Under the pieces are notes generated by a model. It did not search any database and had not been told where the DNA came from. It saw only the letters and a list, made by a program, of their open reading frames with translations. From Eledone cirrhosa (lineage: Eukaryota), in assembly GCA_964016885.1 (NCBI GenBank), contig OZ024766.1:18848001-18912000 (forward strand): DNA of 64,000 nucleotides, written 5' to 3'. This document shows, piece by piece, positions 19,241 to 30,741 of this stretch (the stretch's first letter is position 1; every line of letters begins with the position of its first letter). The translations under genes and the position numbers were made by a program.

Positions 19241-19244
<4 letters not shown>

Positions 19245-19571
19245 TACATGAATCAAAGTTCAGTTTAAATCATTTATTTGCTTACAATTGTTTCCTCCAA
19301 ACCAAGGTTTGGATTCTTCAGAGCAACTATTTAGTGATTTTTCACATACTTGACCTCCTTTCCAACACAAGAGACATACAGAAACATATGTATATATTGA
19401 CCCACTGTGCATCAATATATACATATGTTTCTGTATGTCTCTTGTGTTGGAAAGGAGGTCAAATATGTGAAAAATCACTAAATAGTTGCTCCGAAGAATC
19501 CAAACCTCAGTTTGGAGGAAACAATTGTAAGCAAATAAATGATTTAAACAGAACTTTGATTCATGTAATTT
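19241..19571. mobile_element. Foldback palindrome (160-bp arms, 11-nt loop) with two outward-facing hammerhead motifs
   Basis: Arms 19241-19400 and 19412-19571 are near-perfect reverse complements. Confidence 0.9.
19278..19326 (-). ncRNA. Minimal type-I hammerhead ribozyme, intact core, in sense of the IQSEC pre-mRNA
   Basis: TTGCT-CTGAAGA-A[TCCAAAC cttg GTTTGGA]G-GAAA-CAATTG-TA^-AGCAA. Perfect 5-bp stem I, palindromic stem III, GUA cleavage triplet. The mirror copy at 19486-19534 (+) has CCGAAGA. Confidence 0.8.
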
Positions 19572-19732
19572 CTATATAACTGCTCTGTAAAACAACAGAT
19601 GTTACTACATTGAGCTATTTATCTTACTGGTAATAAGATAGTAATATATTACTGTCTTTCACTGTTTAGGGTTTAAATATATATAACTATATAAGGTTTT
19701 ATTATATACATAACCATAAATAGTATCCTTAA

Positions 19733-19767
<35 letters not shown>

Positions 19768-19958
19768 TATATATTAGGTATAGGATTATCCAAGATGTAG
19801 TAATGGTTAATTACTACACTGGATATGGTTGACGTACGGTAAGAGGTTACTCTACGAGTTATGGAAGAATTGTTGAAGAAACTTAGTTCCTGATCCTTCA
19901 GTATTCCGGAGTGTATATAAAGAATGGTTATTATTCATTCTTTATATATATATATATA

Positions 19959-20230
19959 TCATCATCACATCATCATCATCACCGTTTTACGTCCGTTCTT
20001 CCACGCTAGCATGGGTTAGACGGGTTGTCCTGTTGTGGGCAGTGTCTGGTCGGCTGACCATGCCTTGCTCATACAGGAACTGATCTGGCTTGATTTCTAC
20101 AGCTGGATGCCCTTCCTAACACCAACCTCATTTACAGTGAGTGCTGGGTGCTTTTTCGTGGCGCCTACACGTCCACTTTACAGTGTGGGCTGGGTGCTTT
20201 TTTGCCGTGGCACCTCCACGACCACCTTGC
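19959..20230 (-). mobile_element. SINE 3' portion
   Basis: (CAT)n-CGTTTTACGTCCGTTCTTCCACGCTAGCATGGGTTAGACGGG...; same subtype as 59083. Confidence 0.8.
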
Positions 20231-20787
20231 GGTGGGGGAAGTGGGGGCATATTGTTTATATGCTTCAGCATGTACCCATGGGAGGTCGGGTACCCTGTAT
20301 TACTGCGTGACGCCAGAAGTCATATATATAAGAAGGTAGTACAGCATAATCGAAGCTCTGGTTGTGGGCAAGCTAACGAATGCAGTCAGAAAGTGCAGCC
20401 AAAAGCACTCAATAAGGAATTTTACATTAGAGCTACAACATTACGTTTAGACAGCTATGCAAATTGAAGCGAGGGAGCAACCGAAAAGCGAGCTGCTAGG
20501 ACCAGAACAACGAAAAAACCGACTCAGGGAAAAGTTTGATTATATATATATAAATATATAAATAAATAAAATGTCCGCTCTCCATGGCTGAATACAATAA
20601 ATGTAATCTGAGTTTTTCTAATATTAATAATTGTTTCTACTCTTTGGCACAAGGCCAGCAATTACCCCAGTGTATTACTGGTACTTTATTTTATCAACCC
20701 TGTAATAATTGTTTCTACTTTCATCCAATACATTTTTTTTTTATGTGGATCAGTAAGTAAGGTACTCAATACATAGCAGAGTATAAA

Positions 20788-20913
20788 AGTTTTAATATAG
20801 ATGAGATTCTACAGGACTAGAACTGTTTCATTCTTTAGAAATCATCAGGAATCTGATGATTTCTAAAGAATGAAACAGTTCTAGTCCTGTAGAATCTCAT
20901 CTATATTAAAACT
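20788..20913. repeat. Perfect palindrome (61-bp arms, 4-nt loop) of a 5'-truncated hammerhead-like motif
   Basis: ...GAAATCATCAG-GAAT-CTGATGATTTCTAAAGAATGAAACAGTTCTAGTC... Each arm reads CTGATGA..GAAAC..GTC outward, but the 5' strand of stem I is absent. Confidence 0.85.
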
Positions 20914-21553
20914 ATATATATATATATATATATATATTTATCTTCTACAACCAGAAGGGAGTTCTAAAACCCCTACACAACCCTCAACACACCCTTCCCC
21001 TATACCAAAACCCCCCAACAAACATAAAATGAAGCCGAACTAGGAAAGAAATCAGCCAAAAATGGGGTCAAGGGGGTCAAGCAAGGGAAATTAGGGCTTG
21101 CCAGTTAATATAAACGAGGCAAGGGAAGGGGTTATAAACGAAGGGGCTGCAGTTCTCTTAGGGTTTTTTTCCTTTTTTTTATAGCACCTGAATTTGATGA
21201 TGATGTTGATGATGGTGGTGGTTTGGGATGTTGTGATGGTGGTGGTGGTGGTTGTAGTTGTTGTTGCTATGGTGATGAGGTGGACTGGACCTCAGTGGGG
21301 CCTGGGAGACACGCACCTGAACCCCAGCAAACAGAACCTGGAAAAAAAGAGCAATACTGGATATAGATATAAAGGGGTTTCTATATGTAAGGCTGTTTAG
21401 TTGTTTGTGTGTGTGTGTGTGTGTATACATATATATATATATATATATATGTATGTATATGAAAATATATATATATACTATATATAATATATATGTATGT
21501 ACATAAATATATATATATATATATATGTGTATATATATATATATATGTATGTA

Positions 21554-21600
<47 letters not shown>

Positions 21601-21708
21601 ATGTACATAAAAAATATATAAAAATATATATATATATATAAATATATATATATAAAAAAATGTATATAAAAATATATATGTGTTTATATATATATATGTA
21701 TATATTTG

Positions 21709-21739
<31 letters not shown>

Positions 21740-21890
21740 CTATGTATATATATATATATGTATATATACATTTATGTATATATATATATGTATATGTATG
21801 TATATATACATATATGTATGTAAAATTATATATATATACATGTATGTATGTATGTATGTATGTATGTACATAAAAATATATATATGTGTA

Positions 21891-21927
<37 letters not shown>

Positions 21928-21934
21928 GTATATA

Positions 21935-21981
<47 letters not shown>

Positions 21982-22034
21982 GTATATATATATAACAGCA
22001 ACCAGAGCTGTTGTGGTGGTATTTAGTCAACAAA

Positions 22035-22566
22035 GTAATAGTAGTAGTAGTGTTAGTTGTAACAAAAAGGTGGTAGTTGTAGTAACAGTAGTAGTATTGG
22101 TAGTAATAGCAGTAGTGGTAGTAGTGGTAGTAGTAGTAGTAGTAGTGGTAGTAGCAGTAGTGGTAGTAGCAGTAGTAGTGGTAGTAATAGCAGTAGTAGT
22201 GGTAATAATAGAAGTAAAAGTATTAGTAGTAATAATAGTAGTAGTGGTAGTAGTACTAGTAGTAATATAGTTGTAGCAACAGCAGTAGTAGTAGTAGTAG
22301 TGGTAGTAGTAGTAGTAGTAGTAGCAGCAGTAACAGTAGTAGTAGTAGTAGCAACAGTAGCAGTAGTGGTAGTAGCAGTAGTAGTGGTAGTAGTAGTAGT
22401 AGCAGTAGTAGTAGCAGCAGTAACAGTAGTAGTAGTAGTAGCAGTAGCAGCAACAGTAACAGTAGTAGTAGAAGTAGTGGTGGTAGTAGTAGTAGTAGTA
22501 GTAGCAGCAGTAGCAACAGTAGTAGTAGTAGAAGTAGTAGTAGTGGTGGTAGTAGAAGTAGTAGTA

Positions 22567-22599
<33 letters not shown>

Positions 22600-22740
22600 G
22601 CAGCAGTAGTAGTAGTAGTGGTGGTAGCAGTAGTAGTAGTAGTAGTAGCAGCAGTAGTAGTGTCAGTAGCAGTAGAAGTAGTAGTAGTGGTGGTAGCAGT
22701 AGTAGCAGCAGTAACAGTAGTAGTAGTAGTAGTAGTAGCT
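22035..22740. repeat. (GTA/GTG/GCA)n trinucleotide tract
   Basis: Seen directly in the sequence. Confidence 0.95.
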
Positions 22741-22804
22741 ACAATACGTTTACAAAGGAGGACATGGCCTGATGATGACAAAAAACCAACAAAAGTAAGG
22801 AAGG

Positions 22805-24740
22805 GTGTGGTGTGTGATGTGATGTGATGAGGGCAGGGCCGTGACCCCGTGATGCGATGTGATGAAGGCAGCGCCGTGACCCCGTGGTGTGATGCGATGC
22901 GATGTGATGTGATGTGGGGGAAGGGCTGTGACCCTGTGGGGGGAGTGTGGTGTGGTGTGATGTGGGCAGAGCCGTGACCCCGTGATGTGGTGTGATGCGA
23001 TGTGATGTGATGTGGGGGAAGGGCTGTGACCCTGTGGGGGGAGTGTGGTGTGGTGTGATGTGGGCAGAGCCGTGACCCCGTGATGTGGTGTGATGCGATG
23101 TGATGTGATGTGGGGGAAGGGCTGTGACCCTGTGGGGGGAGTGTGGTGTGGTGTGATGTGGGCAGGGCCGTGACCCCGTGGTGTGGTGTGATGCGATGTG
23201 ATGTGATGTGGGGGAAGGGCTGTGACCCTGTGGGGGGAGTGTGGTGTGGTGTGATGTGGGCAGGGCCGTGACCCCGTGATGTGGTGTGATGCGATGTGAT
23301 GTGATGTGGGGGCAGGGCTGTGACCCTGTGGGGGGAGTGTGGTGTGGTGTGATGAAGGCAGCGCCGTGACCCCGTGGTGTGATGCGATGCGATGTGATGT
23401 GATGTGGGCAGGGCAGGGCCATGACCCTGTGGGGGGAGTGTAGTGTGGTGTGATGTGATGTGATGTGGGCAGGGCCGCGACCCCGTGGTGTGGTGTGATG
23501 CGATGTGATGTGATGTGGGGGCAGGGCTGTGACCCTGTGGGGGGGAGTGTGGTGTGATGTGGGCAGGGCCGTGACCCCGTGATGCGATGTGATGTGATGT
23601 GGGCAGGGCAGGGCCATGACCCTGTGGGGGGAGTGTAGTGTGGTGTGATGTGATGTGGGCAGGGCCGTGACCCCGTGGTGTGGTGTGATGCGATGTGATG
23701 TGGGCAGGGCTGTGACCCCATGTGATGTGGGCAGGGCCGGAACCCCGTGGTGTGGTGTGATGCGATGTGATGTGGGCAGGGCAGGGCCATGACCCTGTGG
23801 GGTGTGATGCGATGTGATGTGATGAGGGCAGGGCCGGAACCCCGTGGTGTGGTGTGATGTGGGCAGGGCCGTGACCCCGTGGTGTGATGCGATGCGATGT
23901 GATGTGATGTGGGCAGGGCAGGGCCATGACCCTGTGGGGGGAGTGTAGTGTGGTGTGATGTGATGAGGGCAGGGCCGTGACCCCGTGGTGTGGTGTGATG
24001 CGATGTGGGCAGGGCAGGGCCATGACCCTGTGGGGTGTGATGCGATGCGATGTGATGTGATGTGGGCAGGGCAGGGCCATGACCCTGTGGGGGGAGTGTA
24101 GTGTGGTGTGATGTGATGAGGGCAGGGCCGTGACCCCGTGGTGTGGTGTGATGTGATGTGGGCAGGGCCGTGACCCCGTGGTGTGGTGTGATGTGAGCAG
24201 GGCCGTGACCCCGTGGTGTGGTGTGGTGTGATGTGGGCAGGGCCGTGACCCCGTGGTGTGGTGTGATGTGGGCAGGGCCGTGACCCCGTGGTGTGGTGTG
24301 ATGCGATGTGGGCAGGGCTGTGACCCCATGTGATGTGGGCAGGGCCGTGACCTCGTGGTGTGGTGTGATGCGATGTGATGAGGGCAGGGCCGTGACCCCG
24401 TGGTGTGGTGTGATGTGATGTGATGTGGGCAGGGGTGTGACCCCATGTGATGTGGGCAGGGCCGTGACCTCGTGGTGTGGTGTGATGCGATGTGATGTGG
24501 GCAGGGCTGTGACCCCATGTGATGTGGGCAGGGCCGTGACCCCGTGGTGTGGTGTGATGCGATGTGGGCAGGGCTGTGACCCCATGTGATGTGGGCAGGG
24601 CCGTGACCTCGTGGTGTGGTGTGATGCGATGTGATGTGGGCAGGGCTGTGACCCCATGTGATGTGGACAGGGCCGTGACCCCGTGGTGTGGTGTGATGCG
24701 ATGTGATGTGGGCAGGGCAGGGCCATGACCCTGTGGGACG
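22805..24740. repeat. G/T-rich variable minisatellite (GGGCAGGGCCGTGACCCCGTGGTGTG..TGATG)
   Basis: Seen directly in the sequence; it abuts the donor of the 24758-24822 exon. Confidence 0.95.
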
Positions 24741-24757
24741 GGGGGGGGTGTCCTTAC

Positions 24758-24822
24758 CACTGTGTTGTCTGTTGTTGCTCCACCACCACCTCCTCCACTG
24801 TCCTCTCGCTTCAACCCTTGAT
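24758..24822 (-). CDS. IQSEC: IQSEC internal exon (D)QGLKREDSGGGGGGATTDNTV
   Basis: Acceptor TCTTTCCAG|AT and donor GTG|GTAAGG. Phase 1 in and phase 0 out exactly bridge the 41534 and 15832 exons. Confidence 0.75.
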
Positions 24823-25206
24823 CTGGAAAGATACGACAAGCTGAGATGATCAACGGAGTTTTTCTTAAGACTCGACTGGAAAGTCTCGACACAGCACAAC
24901 ACACGGACACACACACATATAGAGAGAGACATATATATATAGACACACACACACATAGAGAGACATATATAGACACACACACATAGAGAGAGAGAGACAT
25001 ATATAGACACACACACATATAGAGAGAGACATATACATATATATATAGACACACACACACACAGAGAGAGAGACATATATATATAGAGAGAGAGAGACAC
25101 ACATAGAGAGAGAGAGAGAGAGAGAGAGACATACATATATATATATAGAGAGAGAGACACATATATATATAGACACACACACATATAGATATATATATAG
25201 AGAGAG

Positions 25207-25310
<104 letters not shown>

Positions 25311-25384
25311 AGAGAGACGCATACATAGAGAGAGAAAGACATACACATATATATATCACATATATATACCACAGAATCACATAT

Positions 25385-25433
<49 letters not shown>

Positions 25434-25438
25434 ATCAC

Positions 25439-25473
<35 letters not shown>

Positions 25474-25474
25474 C

Positions 25475-25507
<33 letters not shown>

Positions 25508-25550
25508 ATCACATATATACACACACACACACACAATCACATATATATAT

Positions 25551-25594
<44 letters not shown>

Positions 25595-25977
25595 CACACT
25601 ATCACATACACACACAAATACACATACACACATATATATATACACACCACACTATCACATACACACATATATACACATAAACACACACACATATATATAC
25701 ACACACACATATATACACACACACATATATATATACACACACACACACATATATAGACACACACACATATATATATACACACACACACACATATATATAC
25801 ACACACACACATATATACACCACAGAATCACTTCTCTCTAAACTATAAAACATGAATTTCAAGAGAAAGACAAGTTGAATTCTCACAGTTACCTCCCTTC
25901 AGCTAAGTTTTGAGACACTGATATACTGATCACACACACAATATATTAACAACTGTGTATATATATATATATATATA

Positions 25978-26517
25978 TGTATGTAGAAGTTATATTTAAT
26001 TTGTTGGGATTCAACAAGCTTAAACATGTTTATAACTGATATAAAGCACTCAACAGGATGTCTAGTAAATATACAATATATTAACAAATGGAAACTATAT
26101 TTATAAAACCATATTTATTTCATTATACATATTTCAAGGACACCAAGGCAGATTATGGTGCGCTTTCATCAGATAAAATACAGATTTGTTTTATAAATAA
26201 ATATTGACATTCACGGAAAAAAGATAACCCTAACGGTTGACTATCCAGGAAGCTTCAACTGTTAAGGTTGTCTTTATTCAGGCTATGTCAATATTTATTT
26301 ATAAAATAAATCTGTATTTTATCTGATGAAAGCGCACCATAATTTGCCTTGGTTGCCATTGAAATATGTATAATAAAATAAATATGGTTTTATAAATATA
26401 GTTTCCATTTGTTAATATATTGTATATTTACTCGACAATCTGTTGAGTGCTTTATATCAGTTATAAACATGTTTAAGCTTGTTGAATCCCAACAAATTAA
26501 ATATAACTTCTACATAC

Positions 26518-26524
<7 letters not shown>
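25978..26524. mobile_element. Foldback palindrome (~265-bp arms) with two outward-facing hammerhead motifs
   Basis: Minus 26114-26182: TGTATTTTAT-CTGATGA-AAGCGCACCA..TGGTGTCCTT-GAAA-TATGTA-TA-ATGAAATAAA. Plus 26313-26382 is equivalent. Same family as 5461, 38313 and 39852-40278. Confidence 0.88.
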
Positions 26525-26587
<63 letters not shown>

Positions 26588-27363
26588 ATATATCTATATA
26601 CACACACATGCATTCCTTCATTGGTTTCAGTCATCAAACAGTAGCTAGACAGGGACTTAATTTTATCAATCTCTTCTTGGCAGACAGCTCAGTCATGACA
26701 GAGGCACACAGACAGAATATACACAGAAAACCTACCATATCTGGCCTGGTGTATATATATATATATAGAGGAAACCCCAGTACCACCACCACCAACTTAT
26801 ATATACTACAGTGTCTGTATAGAGCTGTGTATGTATGTATGTATGTATGTATGTATAGTTGCCTAAACTATATATATATACACTTGTTTGCTGTGTATAT
26901 ATACATATATGCCAATATATATATATATATATGGTTGTTTGCTGTGTTTATATATATATATGGTTGTTTGCTGTGTATATATATATATATAGTTGTTTGC
27001 TATGTGTATATATATATATATATGGTTGTTTGCTGTGTATATATATATATATATAGTTGTTTGCTGTGTATATATATATATATATGGTTGTTTGCTGTGT
27101 ATATATATATATATATAGTTGTTTGCTACGTGTATATATATATATATATGGTTGTTTGCTGTGTATATATATATATATATATGGTTGTTTGCTGTGTATA
27201 TATATATATATGGTTGTTTGCTGTGTATATATATATATATATAGTTGTTTGCTGTGTATATATATATATATAGTTGTTTGCTATGTATATATATATATAT
27301 ATATGGTTGTTTGCTGTGTATATATATATATAGTTGTTTGCTACGTGTATATATATATATACC

Positions 27364-28092
27364 ATCATCATCATTTTACGTCCGCTTTTTCCCTGCTTGC
27401 AAGGGTGGGACGGGAACTGATTCTGACTTGATTTCTACAGCTGGATGCCCTTCCTAACACCAACCTCATTTACAGTGAGTGCTGGGTGTTTTTTTGCCGT
27501 GGCACCTCCACGACCACTTTACAGTGAGTGCTGGGTGCTTTTTTGCCGTGGCACCTCCACGACCACTTTACAGTGAGTGCTGGGTGCTTTTTTGCTGTGG
27601 CACCTCTACATCCACTTTACAGTGAGTGCTGGGTGCTTTTTTGCTGTGGTACCTCCACGACCACTTTACAGTGTGGGCTGGGTGCTTTTTTGCCGTGGCA
27701 CCTCCACGACCACTTTACAGTGAGTGCTGGGTGCTTTTTAGCTGTGGCACCTCCACGACCACTTTACAGTGAGTGCTGGGTGCTTTTTTGCCGTGGCACC
27801 TCCACGACCACTTTACAGTGTGGGCTGGGTGCTTTTTTGCCGTGGCACCTCCACGACCACTTTACAGTGAGTGCTGGGTGCTTTTTTGCCGTGGCACCTC
27901 CACGACCACTTTGCAGTGGAATGATAGGGACCCCAGTCCCTATCATCTCATTTCTACAGCTGAGTAAACTGGAGCAATGTGAAATAAAGTGTCTTGCTCA
28001 AGGAAACAACACATCACTTGGTCTGAGAATTGAACTCACAACCTTTCGATTGCAAGCCCAATGCTCTAACCACTAAGCCATGTGCCTCCATG
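27364..28092 (-). mobile_element. Full-length tRNA-derived SINE with an internal 49-bp unit expanded ~9 times
   Basis: A/B-box head at 28020-28092, central domain, tandem TTACAGTGAGTGCTGGGTGCTTTTTTGCCGTGGCACCTCCACGACCACT, RTE-like tail and (ATG)n. Confidence 0.88.
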
Positions 28093-28270
28093 TTATATAT
28101 AATGGATAACAAGATATCGTTATAAGTAATCCAATTAGAGGTTGTGAATACTTCTTATTATGGATAGTTTTAACGTATGGCGTTGTATGACTCAACAAGA
28201 AGTTTCTGTAGATGACGAGTTTATGATTTCACTTGTATTGCTATGTAAGTTTATCTTGGAGTAATAATAT

Positions 28271-28652
28271 TGAAAAAGTGGAGAATAACATGGGTCAACA
28301 GTACAAAGAAGGGGATTTATTTAGTCTAACAATTGCTGAACACTGAAAGTAGTGCCACTCAATTTAAAATACATGTCATTCTCATCATTTCGTCAGAGAC
28401 TGAGAAAAAATATAAATATATGCATAACCGGCAAATTTACAAATTTGAATTTGTAAATTTTCTGGTTATGCATATATTTATATTTTCTTTCAGTTTCTGA
28501 TGAAATGATGGAGATGACATGTATTTTAAATTGAGTGGCACTACTTTCAGTGTTTAGCAATTTTTAGACATCTCTATCAGTGAAACAATTGTTAGACTGT
28601 AAATAAATCCCCTTGTTTGTACTGTTGACCCATGACATTCTCCACTTTTTCA
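28271..28652. mobile_element. Diverged foldback palindrome with a long-loop-II hammerhead in the right arm (28491-28599, +)
   Basis: CAGTTT-CTGATGA-AA[TGATGGAGATG ..long loop.. CATCTCTATCA]GT-GAAA-CAATTG-TT^-AGACTG. The left-arm mirror copy lacks the 3' strand of stem II and GAAA. Confidence 0.75.
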
Positions 28653-28680
28653 TATATATATAATACACACACACATATAT

Positions 28681-28733
<53 letters not shown>

Positions 28734-28736
28734 GAG

Positions 28737-29148
28737 ATGGGAGAGATGACCCCTTAGCCTTTGTCAAGGCAGAATTCTAGGAGAAGGAAAACTCTGATAT
28801 AACACCTGCAACCCTGATGGTATCCAATGATGTTGACTTGTTCTTCTTTTTGGTAAATATCATCTTGGTTAAGAGAGTGGGACTGGCTTTGTGCAGTGCC
28901 ATTGCTCACTATAAAAGCTTCACGGCACAGGCATTGCTTTATATCTGGAGATCTCTCTGCACTTGTCGTCACATGGTACCATGGGCCCAGCACTATGTGT
29001 CAATAATTGTCACAAGTGTAGTGTTTGTACCAGAGTTTCCAAGTCACTGGCTGGACTAAAAAGTCACACTCGTTCAGCGCATCGGTAGGGGTTCTCCTAC
29101 ATGGATATAAAGTAGTGGCCATACTCGAAAACGAGTTGGCAGCCACCA
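28737..29148. mobile_element. Interspersed repeat (resembles an RTE-type LINE 5' region); inverted copy of 50264-50672
   Basis: The ORF-track peptides at 28754/28817 and 50418/50352 are near-identical on opposite strands. The family assignment is by resemblance only. Confidence 0.75.
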
Positions 29149-29173
29149 TGTATGTATAATATATATGTATATA

Positions 29174-29312
29174 ATTGTTTCTACTTTTGGCACAAGGCCA
29201 GCAATTACCCCAGTGCATTACTGGTACTTTATTTTATCGACCCCGTAAGGATGAAAGGCAAAGTCAACCTCGGCGGGATTTGAACTCAGACTGTAAAAGT
29301 ACGTAACTCTGC
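29174..29312 (-). mobile_element. Second SINE family fragment (B box + central domain)
   Basis: Minus strand GAGTTCAAATCCCGCCGAGGTTGACTTTGCCTTTCATCCTTACGGGGTCGATAAAATAAAGTACCAGT. Also present at ~20630, ~36400-36520 and ~37890-37970. Confidence 0.75.
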
Positions 29313-29731
29313 TATGTGTGTGTGTATATGTGTATGTATCACAGACACAGCAATGGTATGAGGGTGTGATTAGCGGTGGTGGTGGTGGTCATGGTAGGAA
29401 AGGCAGGTGAGAGACAATTATAGTGAGATGGTGACAACAACAACAACAACAAAGATACAACGAATGTAATGTGACAGCAACAACAACAACAGGTATATAG
29501 AGACTGGCCTCTATCAGGCTGTGGTGGGCATGGCAGTGTGTGTGTGTGTGTATATATATATATGTGTGTGTGTATATATATGTTTGTGTGTATATGTGTG
29601 TATATATATACATATATTTGTGTGTATATATATATATTGTTTGTGTATATATATGTGTATACATGTGTGTGTATACATATATATGTGCGTGTGTGTATGT
29701 ATATATATAAATGTAGGTAACCACAGCAATT

Positions 29732-30540
<809 letters not shown>

Positions 30541-30741
30541 TTAAGTTTACTTGGAGCATTACGTCGGGAAAGAAAACTATGCAGCCGTTTGTCGCTGTTG
30601 TCTGTGTCCAACATATCTATTCTATTTCCCTTTGGAAACCCCCGACAATGGATGTGTCATCTGAAATATAGGGACAAATAAATCTATTCCAAGGTAACTG
30701 CATCTCTGGGTTTCTTTGAACACGCTTCTACATCTCTTTCT

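Noticed and set aside
28020-28092. tRNA gene (A and B boxes)
   Set aside because: It continues into SINE body and tail, recurs at several loci, and shows no clean cloverleaf end or terminator.
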